Positions 16,441 to 23,686 of a DNA stretch of 25,054 nt are shown here, in pieces. The stretch spans positions 1-25,054 of the IMG/VR virus record IMGVR_UViG_3300020465_000091; one strand, given 5' to 3'. Both the position numbers and the translations under genes were made by a program. The notes under the pieces were generated by a model. That model was not told the origin of the DNA. It saw nothing but the letters and a program-made list of their open reading frames with translations, and did not search any database. This DNA is from a virus. Its lineage: Duplodnaviria; Caudoviricetes. The number at the start of each line of letters is the position of its first letter. Position 1 is the first letter of the stretch.

Positions 16441-17177
16441 CCGCAACTGCTGTAAGTGTCATAACATGCACACCAGTTATGGCAGCAGATGTGGGTGGTG
16501 TTAGTGCCACTGCCAATCCAATAGCAAATTCGTCTGGCTCGGTAACAAACCAAGCTATTCAGGTTTTACAAGGCCCATATATAACTAATACTTATGGTGG
16601 AGGCATTCAATGTCAAGGTGCGACTATGAATGTCACGCCATACGTCACTGGAGCTGGATCATTCAAAAGACCTTTTGAACGGTATTATGATGATCCAGTT
16701 TTTGATGTCTCCGACTTAGATGATGATGGACAAATTGATAATCCCGGAGAAATACTTTACTATATTCCAACAAGAACTAATCAAACAGAAAACTATAATT
16801 TGTCATTAGGTTTATCCGCTACATGGTCACGACCATTAGATAAACAATTACAAGAACAATGTAAAGAGGCAGCAGCTGCAAATATAGATCTAATGCAACA
16901 AACAGTTGCCAATAAAAGATTAGATTTTGAAATCGCACGTCTTAAGAATTGTGGTGAACTTAAAAAGGCTGGTATAATGTTCCATCCCAAATCACCATAT
17001 GCTTCCATATGTGCTGATGTAATGTTAGTTCAACCTGCTGGTGTAGTAACTCCTCATATGCATAACCTTACACCTAATAAAGTTAATGAAGAAATCAAAG
17101 TAGACTCAAATAAAGTTGAAGTAAATGGTGAGGCATCTAATCTAGGAGTATTCTCTATAGGAAAACCCATAGACTAA
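16269..17177 (+). CDS. Exported or membrane-associated hypothetical protein C (true start uncertain, probably near 16400-16440)
   Basis: Signal-like KHLYAITATAVSVITCTPVMA followed by ADVGGVSATANP..., a DLDDDGQID acidic loop, YNLSLGLSATWSRPLD, and a helical Cys-containing tail. ATG 16269 gives a 172-nt overlap with gene B. Confidence 0.75.
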   Translation: MEWSRHRQSTTIYTNHCGSKFSIFRKLRWARPPKSNPDTEDNHNRKRNRYNKHLYAITATAVSVITCTPVMAADVGGVSATANPIANSSGSVTNQAIQVLQGPYITNTYGGGIQCQGATMNVTPYVTGAGSFKRPFERYYDDPVFDVSDLDDDGQIDNPGEILYYIPTRTNQTENYNLSLGLSATWSRPLDKQLQEQCKEAAAANIDLMQQTVANKRLDFEIARLKNCGELKKAGIMFHPKSPYASICADVMLVQPAGVVTPHMHNLTPNKVNEEIKVDSNKVEVNGEASNLGVFSIGKPID

Positions 17178-18074
17178 TTATTTTTTATTTTTAAAATACT
17201 TCTTCTTTAGTTTTTCCGCTTCTTTCTCAGCCTTCATCTTTTTGGCATGGTTCTTAGCAAAAGGAATCTCAAGTAAACCTTTCTTTTTCCGATATTCATT
17301 TGTTTTCAATTGAGCTTGAGTAGGTTTATAAGGAGTCTTACCAAGTGCTTTATTAACCTTACCTATTACCTGTTTAATTGCAGGTTTAAAAATCTTTAGT
17401 AGTAAATCTGCTAGAGGTTTTGCTAATAGTGCAGATGTGCCAGCCACTGCTGCTATGGAAGCTGTTGTAGTAGCAACTGCTGCAGAAGGTAGGTACGCTT
17501 CTACTACACCAATATCTTCATATAATTCTACACATACCCACGTTCCTTGTTGAGTTTTTTGTAATTCATGACCAACTACTTTTTCTTTTTCACTAGGGCC
17601 TACTGCACCAATACGTAATGATTGTGGGCCGGGACAATCAGGTTTTTCATTACCTGCTTTGGGTATAGGTGGTGTATCTGGTGTAGTAAGATCTGGATCC
17701 TCTGGTGGAGCAACAGGTGGTGCCTCCTGTTGTCTCGTAATTATCAATTGATCTGGTTCATAGTTCATAGAATCATATGAAGGATAACCAGAATCACAAA
17801 AAGTCATTACCTCTTCAGGATCATTCTCTACTAGATCCTTATCTATCGGTAAATTATTCCTATGTCTTTTATTATCTTTATGTGCTTTTACACAACCGGG
17901 GAGATCTACAATAGGATTACCAATATTGACTATGACAGGAGGAAGTAAATAATCAACATTAGGTTGTGTGGTCATCCACTGAGGAACATACACATTTGGA
18001 ATATTAGTATCATAGATATCAATAATATTCGTGGTATTGTTATTAATACCATCAATTTTTTTAATGGGTTCCAT
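17178..18074 (-). CDS. Hypothetical Pro-rich membrane-anchored protein, 298 aa
   Basis: Four Cys, a Pro-rich linker, a hydrophobic AAVATTTASIAAVAGTSALLA segment and a Lys-rich C-terminus. Its stop abuts the stop of gene C. Confidence 0.75.
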   Translation of the reverse strand: MEPIKKIDGINNNTTNIIDIYDTNIPNVYVPQWMTTQPNVDYLLPPVIVNIGNPIVDLPGCVKAHKDNKRHRNNLPIDKDLVENDPEEVMTFCDSGYPSYDSMNYEPDQLIITRQQEAPPVAPPEDPDLTTPDTPPIPKAGNEKPDCPGPQSLRIGAVGPSEKEKVVGHELQKTQQGTWVCVELYEDIGVVEAYLPSAAVATTTASIAAVAGTSALLAKPLADLLLKIFKPAIKQVIGKVNKALGKTPYKPTQAQLKTNEYRKKKGLLEIPFAKNHAKKMKAEKEAEKLKKKYFKNKK

Positions 18075-18392
18075 TCATTTTGCGATGTTATTCCATTTTA
18101 AAAAGTCAAAAGTAGTTATATAACTTTCATGCTTATGATCTGCCTCTGCAAATGTAGGAACCGTAGCCATATTTGTATAGATTCCAAATACAGTCACTAA
18201 TGATGCTATTACAGCACCAGCACCCCAAACCCACTTCTCTAATTTACGAAGTCTATCATTAAGTTCTTCTTGATCCTTATCCTTTATACGATCAAGTTGC
18301 TCTTCTAAATCCTTAACTTTTGTTTCCAAGACTGCCATACGACTGTCTTGTGCGGATTGTTTTTCATAATATTCAGGGTTAGTAGTGGTCAT
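18075..18392 (-). CDS. Coiled-coil plus single-TM protein (XhlA/holin-like architecture), 105 aa
   Basis: RMAVLETKVKDLEEQL...RLRKLEKWVWGAGAVIASLVTVFGIY. Confidence 0.6.
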   Translation of the reverse strand: MTTTNPEYYEKQSAQDSRMAVLETKVKDLEEQLDRIKDKDQEELNDRLRKLEKWVWGAGAVIASLVTVFGIYTNMATVPTFAEADHKHESYITTFDFLKWNNIAK

Positions 18393-18643
18393 TTAGGAAC
18401 CTCCTTACGGTAATCTTGCGGTGAATCTATTCTAACAACACCACCTGTTGATTTAGGTAACATCTCTGCTAAAGCATTACGAACTTCTTCTCTTACTATG
18501 AGTTGAATTTCTGATTGTTTTGCTTTAACTCTTTTTTCAGGCCCACCAGTTGCTTTATCGATGGCATAATTACCACCAAAAATACTACCGCCACCTATGA
18601 CGGCAACTGCTGTTCCTGTACTAGCAACTTTTTGTATATCCAT
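18389..18643 (-). CDS. Hypothetical protein, 84 aa
   Basis: N-terminal hydrophobic Gly-rich segment, with ATGA and TAATG overlaps with its neighbours. Confidence 0.7.
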   Translation of the reverse strand: MDIQKVASTGTAVAVIGGGSIFGGNYAIDKATGGPEKRVKAKQSEIQLIVREEVRNALAEMLPKSTGGVVRIDSPQDYRKEVPK

Positions 18644-18819
18644 TATAGAAGAATCGCTCCAATAATAAAACCTTTAGCAAATGAAAGACATAGCATTTGA
18701 TAATTAGATAATTTGAATTTGCCTTGAAATTTATACGCAAGATTCTTATCCCACTCTTTTACACTATGAAATGTTTGTCTCATCGCTTTCATACTTTCAT
18801 CAATGTTAATATTCCACAT
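18643..18819 (-). CDS. Small hypothetical membrane protein, 58 aa
   Basis: Not in the ORF track. Reads MWNINIDESMKAMRQTFHSVKEWDKNLAYKFQGKFKLSNYQMLCLSFAKGFIIGAILL, fills the gap exactly, and overlaps the next gene by TAATG. Confidence 0.75.
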   Translation of the reverse strand: MWNINIDESMKAMRQTFHSVKEWDKNLAYKFQGKFKLSNYQMLCLSFAKGFIIGAILL

Positions 18820-18823
18820 AGTT

Positions 18824-19291
18824 TTACTCCACTAATGTACCAAATGATCTACGTATATTTCTCAATTCTTCAAAGTCCTTTTGCTTGGTTCCACCGTCAT
18901 ATGGCCATGCATATCCTTCAGTGATCATCTGTTCATTAAGCGATAGATCCCCATCACCAATATAACACCAGCCAAGCAAACGCCCATACTTACCGACCCC
19001 GCCATCGAGCTCAGTCCTAATAATAAGATCGTCATCACCAGCAATCGCACCTTCCAACTTTCCTTTAAGCCAATCTGTTGCATCAATTCCGAGTGCTTTC
19101 TCTTCGAGATTTCTTGTCCTTTTTTCTGGGGTATCAACACCAGCTATCCTTACCCTCTCTTTCTTGTATAGATCAAATCCTAGATCTATTATAACATCAA
19201 TCGTATCTCCGTCAAGAACCTTGACTATTTCCGTGACTCGGAAGTTGTAACAACTCTTCCGATTCGGTGGGGTCATCGCTCCCATCTTCAT
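18824..19291 (-). CDS. Thermonuclease (SNase-like) family protein, about 155 aa
   Basis: VKVLDGDTIDV, RVRIAGVDTPE, GKYGRLLG and LNEQMITEGYA motifs. The start may be 19285. Confidence 0.9.
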   Translation of the reverse strand: MKMGAMTPPNRKSCYNFRVTEIVKVLDGDTIDVIIDLGFDLYKKERVRIAGVDTPEKRTRNLEEKALGIDATDWLKGKLEGAIAGDDDLIIRTELDGGVGKYGRLLGWCYIGDGDLSLNEQMITEGYAWPYDGGTKQKDFEELRNIRRSFGTLVE

Positions 19292-19526
19292 ACTCCATAA
19301 GTGTATTATTTATCATGTCCTCCACTGAAGTGCGTTCTTTTTGTATCTTCCAGTTACGAAAAGAATTTATTATATGATGATATGTGTCTACAATCACCAC
19401 AGGATTATCCTCTCTTGAATCTATAAAAACAATTTTTCCATCATCAAAATCTTTAATGTATTTTGCCTTCTCCGCTTTCACTGGAGTCGGTATCATTAAC
19501 ATTAATGGGATTAGGATTCCAATCAT
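19212..19526 (-). CDS. Hypothetical protein with signal peptide
   Basis: Start reassigned to MIGILIPLMLMIPTPVKA. It overlaps both neighbours by about 75-80 nt. Confidence 0.5.
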   Translation of the reverse strand: MIGILIPLMLMIPTPVKAEKAKYIKDFDDGKIVFIDSREDNPVVIVDTYHHIINSFRNWKIQKERTSVEDMINNTLMEYEDGSDDPTESEELLQLPSHGNSQGS

Positions 19527-19611
19527 CGTACTTAAATATCCAATATATTGTAACACTTACTGCGACCAGAAGCAAAGCTATCATAATATTAACTGACCAA
19601 ACTATGTCCAT
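19453..19611 (-). CDS. Small single-TM protein, 52 aa
   Basis: Not in the ORF track. Reads MDIVWSVNIMIALLLVAVSVTIYWIFKYDDWNPNPINVNDTDSSESGEGKIH. Confidence 0.6.
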   Translation of the reverse strand: MDIVWSVNIMIALLLVAVSVTIYWIFKYDDWNPNPINVNDTDSSESGEGKIH

Positions 19612-19687
19612 TAGAAAAAATTCTTTTACTGCTATGTATCATATATTTTTATACAGTGACATAGTGAGGGAGTCCACACATAAATGC

Positions 19688-19729
19688 GTATATTTACCTA
19701 CTATGTTAGTATAAATATTATCGTAACGT
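19688..19729 (+). promoter_or_regulatory. Late promoter TATAAATA (19710-19717) within a possible NtcA-type promoter
   Basis: Perfect T4 late consensus. Also GTA-N8-TAC (19688-19701)-N22-TAACGT (19724-19729). Confidence 0.5.
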
Positions 19730-19744
19730 GGAGTTGAAACGATC

Positions 19745-19909
19745 ATGTCCCACTATACAGTCGGTTATCACGACTTACAAAGAAATCATTATGAGATATG
19801 TGAATATGCTGAGAATGCATATGAAGCAATAAAACAAGCGAAAGAAGATCTTCCAGAATTAAGTGGACATCCCCATGCTACAGAATACTGTATAAAGGAG
19901 CCCGATTAA
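19745..19909 (+). CDS. Small His/Cys/Tyr-rich hypothetical protein, 54 aa
   Basis: Not in the ORF track. Reads MSHYTVGYHDLQRNHYEICEYAENAYEAIKQAKEDLPELSGHPHATEYCIKEPD, with GGAG at 19730-19733 and promoter motifs upstream. Confidence 0.75.
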   Translation: MSHYTVGYHDLQRNHYEICEYAENAYEAIKQAKEDLPELSGHPHATEYCIKEPD

Positions 19910-19998
19910 TGAAAGATTTACCATTTACATCAGCAACTATCATTTTAGGAACAGTAGCGATAGCAGTATGGGTATTACCAAAACTTGCTTACGTTTAG
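19909..19998 (+). CDS. Small membrane peptide, 29 aa
   Basis: MKDLPFTSATIILGTVAIAVWVLPKLAYV. TAATG coupling with the upstream gene and AAGGAG at 19895-19900. Confidence 0.6.
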   Translation: MKDLPFTSATIILGTVAIAVWVLPKLAYV

Positions 19999-20056
19999 TT
20001 TGTATAAGAAACAGTTAATAACCAAAAACCTACAACAAATAAAAACCAAATATTAG

Positions 20057-20106
20057 TAGAGGAAAATATCGATGCAGTGCTAATCGATAGTTCCTCTATT
20101 TTTTTT
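20057..20106 (+). terminator. Rho-independent terminator between convergent units
   Basis: TAGAGGAA..TATCGAT / ATCGATA.TTCCTCTA stem followed by T8. Confidence 0.7.
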
Positions 20107-20109
20107 ACC

Positions 20110-20706
20110 TTAACAATTCTCATTTAATTCTTTTGCCATATTGCCACCAATATCAGCACCCTGATTTCCACCAAACATTGCTACCCAACCAGCAGCAACC
20201 CAACCAACAAAGGGAATATTAGACAAAGCAGGAGCAACACTGGCACCAACAGAGGTACCCACGAGTCTTCCTGTTCCTTTTGCTCCTCCGATTGCTTCGA
20301 TGCATGCGATTGTTTTATCGCTTGGTTCTGCTCCTTTCGATTGAGCAGACGGGTCAATCCATGCTGTTGGGGTTGATACTGGCCCACCGTGGTGTTCTGC
20401 ACCATCCATCGTATATTCAACAATTCTGTCCACTTTGTTTGAACCCAATCCCAGAAAGCCACCTTTTCTTTTGACCTCCTCAACTGTGGTCATTACAGTA
20501 GGATCGTTTGCCTTATATTTTACACTATACCCATTCTCATTCACCATAGCTTCATAAGAAGTGTAATTACCAACTGGTATATTTAATGACGGTAATTTAG
20601 TTTCGCGATTAGCGAGCATACCAATCATGCCTATGTGCGATAAACCAAGTAGTCCACCCAATCCAAGGGCAAACCACTTAGTTAAATTTACATCTTTTTT
20701 TTCCAT
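20110..20706 (-). CDS. Membrane protein with C-terminal glycine-zipper-like region, 198 aa
   Basis: N-terminal TM (WFALGLGGLLGLSHIGMIGML) and GxxxG repeats (GRLVGTSVGASVA...IPFVGWVAAGW...GGNQGADIG). Confidence 0.75.
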   Translation of the reverse strand: MEKKDVNLTKWFALGLGGLLGLSHIGMIGMLANRETKLPSLNIPVGNYTSYEAMVNENGYSVKYKANDPTVMTTVEEVKRKGGFLGLGSNKVDRIVEYTMDGAEHHGGPVSTPTAWIDPSAQSKGAEPSDKTIACIEAIGGAKGTGRLVGTSVGASVAPALSNIPFVGWVAAGWVAMFGGNQGADIGGNMAKELNENC

Positions 20707-20721
20707 AGCAATTTCCTCGGT

Positions 20722-21204
20722 TTACATAGTGAAAGGTGGTTCTTCTTTCTTAGGTGCAGGTGGTTGACTTGCAATACTAATTGGTGCTTGTTCGATTCTA
20801 ATTGTCTGAGCAGGTGCAGTTTGTGCTGCTGCTGCAATTAACCTTTCCATGTCTCCTTTAGATACTCCTCCTCCACCACCACCATTAACAGCACCTTTTT
20901 TAGATGTTTGAACCCCAAATGTAGCCAAAACTCCTGTAAAAACTGAAGCTATAAATGTCGGATCCAGATCTTGTTTTGGCATTTTAAATGCTTCAGGAAG
21001 ATCAACGTAGGCCAAAGTTAAGATAGCCCCCGACCAAACTAAAATTCCTAGCCGTACAAACGTACTAAGAATCATCATCTGCTCCTCTTTATCGTCGGTT
21101 GCTTCTCTTAACTTAGCAAAGAGACCTTTTTTCTTTTGTTCTTCTCCTTTAACTTCCTCTTTAATTTCTTCTTTAGGCTTTTCCTTTTTTACTGCGTCTG
21201 CCAT
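20722..21204 (-). CDS. Two-TM membrane protein, 160 aa
   Basis: TM1 FVRLGILVWSGAILTLAYV, TM2 DPTFIASVFTGVLATFGV, and a highly charged N-terminus. Confidence 0.8.
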   Translation of the reverse strand: MADAVKKEKPKEEIKEEVKGEEQKKKGLFAKLREATDDKEEQMMILSTFVRLGILVWSGAILTLAYVDLPEAFKMPKQDLDPTFIASVFTGVLATFGVQTSKKGAVNGGGGGGVSKGDMERLIAAAAQTAPAQTIRIEQAPISIASQPPAPKKEEPPFTM

Positions 21205-21241
21205 AAAATTAGAGTATCTAATCTATATAGCAAAATTTATT

Positions 21242-21508
21242 TTAAAATTGAGAAATACCTAATCCACCAGCAGGTACATTAGCTTGTGGTGTGGAAGGAA
21301 CAAGATCAGGAGTACCTATAGGTAGATCACCGCCTAATCCAGCAGCACCGCCAATACCTCCAAGATTACTCATCACTGCTTCAATCGCTTGAGTTTTGAC
21401 CTTCTCAATAAGTGAATCTTTATTAAGATATAGGTACCCACCAGCACCAACAACGGTGAGAGATACAACCCCACTAAGAATAGCAATTCCATTTACAATT
21501 TTTTGCAT
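21242..21508 (-). CDS. Hypothetical N-anchored membrane protein, 88 aa
   Basis: IVNGIAILSGVVSLTVVGAGGYLYL TM and a Gly/Pro-rich tail. Confidence 0.75.
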   Translation of the reverse strand: MQKIVNGIAILSGVVSLTVVGAGGYLYLNKDSLIEKVKTQAIEAVMSNLGGIGGAAGLGGDLPIGTPDLVPSTPQANVPAGGLGISQF

Positions 21509-21509
21509 T

Positions 21510-21725
21510 TTAATCTCCGTAGTAATTTAAAAAATACTTGATTATACCATCACAATTTAGATTACCAGAAGTAACCCAACGATCAGCACATTCGTAAATG
21601 ATTTGATTTTGGTATTTAGGAAATCCATGATCGTTATACTGATTACCGAATTGATTCAAAAGAATTTTTAAAGCCTCTTGTCTCAATAACATCCGTGAAG
21701 GATGGTATCTTTCTTCACTTGTCAT
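21510..21725 (-). CDS. Hypothetical protein, about 71 aa
   Basis: Tightly packed ORF with likely start MTSEE at 21725 (alternative 21743). Confidence 0.65.
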   Translation of the reverse strand: MTSEERYHPSRMLLRQEALKILLNQFGNQYNDHGFPKYQNQIIYECADRWVTSGNLNCDGIIKYFLNYYGD

Positions 21726-21903
21726 AATCACTTCCATCTCCAATATAAGTCAGTGAGAAAACATCATGGTCTTCACCATCATATTCAATCCACTCCTCAA
21801 ACTCTTTATAAATTGCATTTTTATCAGCAACAGGTTCTACTACATTAAGTCTACTGATAGACCAATCACGAACACTATTCAGAGTTTGATTCAAAGTTTC
21901 CAT
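21715..21903 (-). CDS. Hypothetical acidic protein, about 62 aa
   Basis: Start reassigned to METLNQ at 21903, which leaves short overlaps with both neighbours. Confidence 0.65.
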   Translation of the reverse strand: METLNQTLNSVRDWSISRLNVVEPVADKNAIYKEFEEWIEYDGEDHDVFSLTYIGDGSDYDK

Positions 21904-22330
21904 AATCTTTACGCATATAGCGACCAAGTATGTTGCTATTATAATATTTCGGTGTCCCGTCGTCAAGAGCCTCTGTTAACACATTATGAAGAAACAACTG
22001 TTTAGTCTCTTCATAATTTACTTTACCTAATGTTGTATGTAATGATATTATCTCTCTTCTGAAAGCACCTCTACCAAGGCACTTAATATCCTGTTTAAGT
22101 TCCGCAGAGCTTCCAAAGTATCGTTTCCAGTCTGACTCCGAAGTAATCTTTCTTTTACCTCCTTTCGGTTTTCGCTTCTGCACGAAATATTTTCTTCCGA
22201 TATATTCCTTTCCATTTGTGGTGTTGGTGATGCGATAGACGAACCCATAGTGGTCACCGATATCATCAGAAGTAAAGGGAGTGCCCTCATAGATCCAAGG
22301 ATTTTCATAATCAATATTCTTATCAGTCAT
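21875..22330 (-). CDS. GIY-YIG superfamily nuclease-like protein, 151 aa
   Basis: YGFVYRITNTTNGKEYIGRK (GIY-YIG variant), Y(F)GSS, FRREI, a conserved-type Glu (NYEE) and a terminal YYN. Confidence 0.75.
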   Translation of the reverse strand: MTDKNIDYENPWIYEGTPFTSDDIGDHYGFVYRITNTTNGKEYIGRKYFVQKRKPKGGKRKITSESDWKRYFGSSAELKQDIKCLGRGAFRREIISLHTTLGKVNYEETKQLFLHNVLTEALDDGTPKYYNSNILGRYMRKDYGNFESNSE

Positions 22331-22333
22331 TTA

Positions 22334-22362
22334 ATTATAACATCACAATTCTATGTAGTCAA
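22334..22362 (-). promoter_or_regulatory. Sigma70-type early promoter
   Basis: TTGACT-17 nt-TATAAT with extended -10 TG, immediately after a terminator. Confidence 0.7.
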
Positions 22363-22363
22363 T

Positions 22364-22389
22364 AAAAAAGAGGGTTATTAACCCTCTTT
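22364..22389 (-). terminator. Rho-independent terminator of the nrd operon
   Basis: AAAGAGGGTT-AAT-AACCCTCTTT hairpin running into a T tract. Confidence 0.75.
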
Positions 22390-22533
22390 CAACCATTCAC
22401 ATTCTAACCAGTCATAAGCATCTAATTTACCTCCAAATAATTTGTCAGTGTGTTTAGCAGAGTCAAGGTATGCTTGTATGCTTGCCTCTACTTCATCATA
22501 GTTTGAATCCTGAGAATGAGTCCTTCTTAACAT
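22378..22533 (-). CDS. Small hypothetical protein, 51 aa
   Basis: Not in the ORF track. Reads MLRRTHSQDSNYDEVEASIQAYLDSAKHTDKLFGGKLDAYDWLECEWLKEG, overlaps the nrdB end and stops within the terminator. Confidence 0.45.
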   Translation of the reverse strand: MLRRTHSQDSNYDEVEASIQAYLDSAKHTDKLFGGKLDAYDWLECEWLKEG

Positions 22534-23686
22534 CTTGTTTAATGCCTCCTACGACGTAGCTTTCAACTTCTGTTTCTTGTGGTGCAACTTGCAATCCTTT
22601 TGAAGAAATCCAGTGTGCTGTCCAAGGTAATGGGTTGTTACGCATTGCAATATCATAAATTGGATTCAATCCAACTGCCTTCATTCTTTTGTTAGCAGTC
22701 CATTCAACATACTGATGTAGTAGTTTTTCATTTAAACCAATCATAGAACCATCCTTAAACAGATATTCTGCCCAGTATTTCTCCTGATTGACGGCAGTTT
22801 CAAATGCTTTTTGAAACCATGGCTCCTCCTCTTTGTAAATTTTCTTCATCTCTGGGTCATCACCATCTCTCCAATGTTTGAGAATACTTTGTGTAATGAC
22901 TAGATGTTGGTTTTCGTCTCTGGCGATGAGAGACACGATTTTTGCCGATCCTTCCATGAGCTTAAGTTCGCCAAAAGCAAACGAGCATGCGAAGGAGACA
23001 TAGAACCTAATTCCCTCCAAAATGTTGACGTTTGCAACTGCTCGGAAGAGTCTTTTTTTGAGTTCATACCTTGTGTAATCTGATAAGTAGGAACCTCTGC
23101 AGCTTTCTTTCCATTGATTACCTTGATCATACTCATGTGCCTCATTAATAAAATCATCATATGATTCAGTAACACTCTGTGCCCTCTCCAGAATACGATC
23201 ATCTGTAAGGATAGTGTCGAAAACATCAGATGGATTAGAATAGACGTTTTTGATAATGTAAGTATAGGATCTACTATGGATCATTTCCATAAACTCCCAT
23301 ACCTTCATACATCCTTCTAACTCAGGAAGTGAACAGTATGGTGCAAATGCCATACCGGGCCCTCTTCCTTGAACAGAATCTAACATCACCTGATACTTCA
23401 GATTAGATGTAAAGATATGCTTCTGCTCTGGACGAAGTGTTTGATAATCACTTCTGTCCTTTTGAAGAGATACCTCTTCCGGTCTCCAGAAATAACCTAG
23501 TTGTTGAGTTGTGAGTTTCTCAAAAACTGGGTACTTATAGTTATCATATCTTTGAACTCCAAGTGGAGCACCAAAGAACATTGGTTGTTTTTTTGTATCT
23601 ACAACCTGCGAATTGAATACAGTCATTTGACTGACTGGTTTTTGTTTGGTTGATTCCACGTTAGTCTTAAAGTTTACAAGACTCAC
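22496..23686 (-). CDS. nrdB: Ribonucleotide reductase class Ia beta subunit, 396 aa
   Basis: FWRPEEVSL, LDSVQGR, EMIHSRSYTY, ILEGIRFYVSF, RDENQH and C-terminal APQETEVESY. Confidence 0.97.
   Translation of the reverse strand: MSLVNFKTNVESTKQKPVSQMTVFNSQVVDTKKQPMFFGAPLGVQRYDNYKYPVFEKLTTQQLGYFWRPEEVSLQKDRSDYQTLRPEQKHIFTSNLKYQVMLDSVQGRGPGMAFAPYCSLPELEGCMKVWEFMEMIHSRSYTYIIKNVYSNPSDVFDTILTDDRILERAQSVTESYDDFINEAHEYDQGNQWKESCRGSYLSDYTRYELKKRLFRAVANVNILEGIRFYVSFACSFAFGELKLMEGSAKIVSLIARDENQHLVITQSILKHWRDGDDPEMKKIYKEEEPWFQKAFETAVNQEKYWAEYLFKDGSMIGLNEKLLHQYVEWTANKRMKAVGLNPIYDIAMRNNPLPWTAHWISSKGLQVAPQETEVESYVVGGIKQDVKKDSFSGFKL

Noticed and set aside
19660-19682. GTGAGGGAGT resembling the complement of the Yfr1 motif ACUCCUCACAC
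   Set aside because: The match is short, imperfect and gapped, without the flanking hairpins, so it is insufficient evidence.
19993-20099. Hydrophobic minus-strand open frame (IEELSISTASIFSSTNIWFLFVVGFWLL...)
   Set aside because: No ATG, GTG or TTG start, and it overlaps the terminator hairpin. T-rich DNA gives hydrophobic frames by chance.
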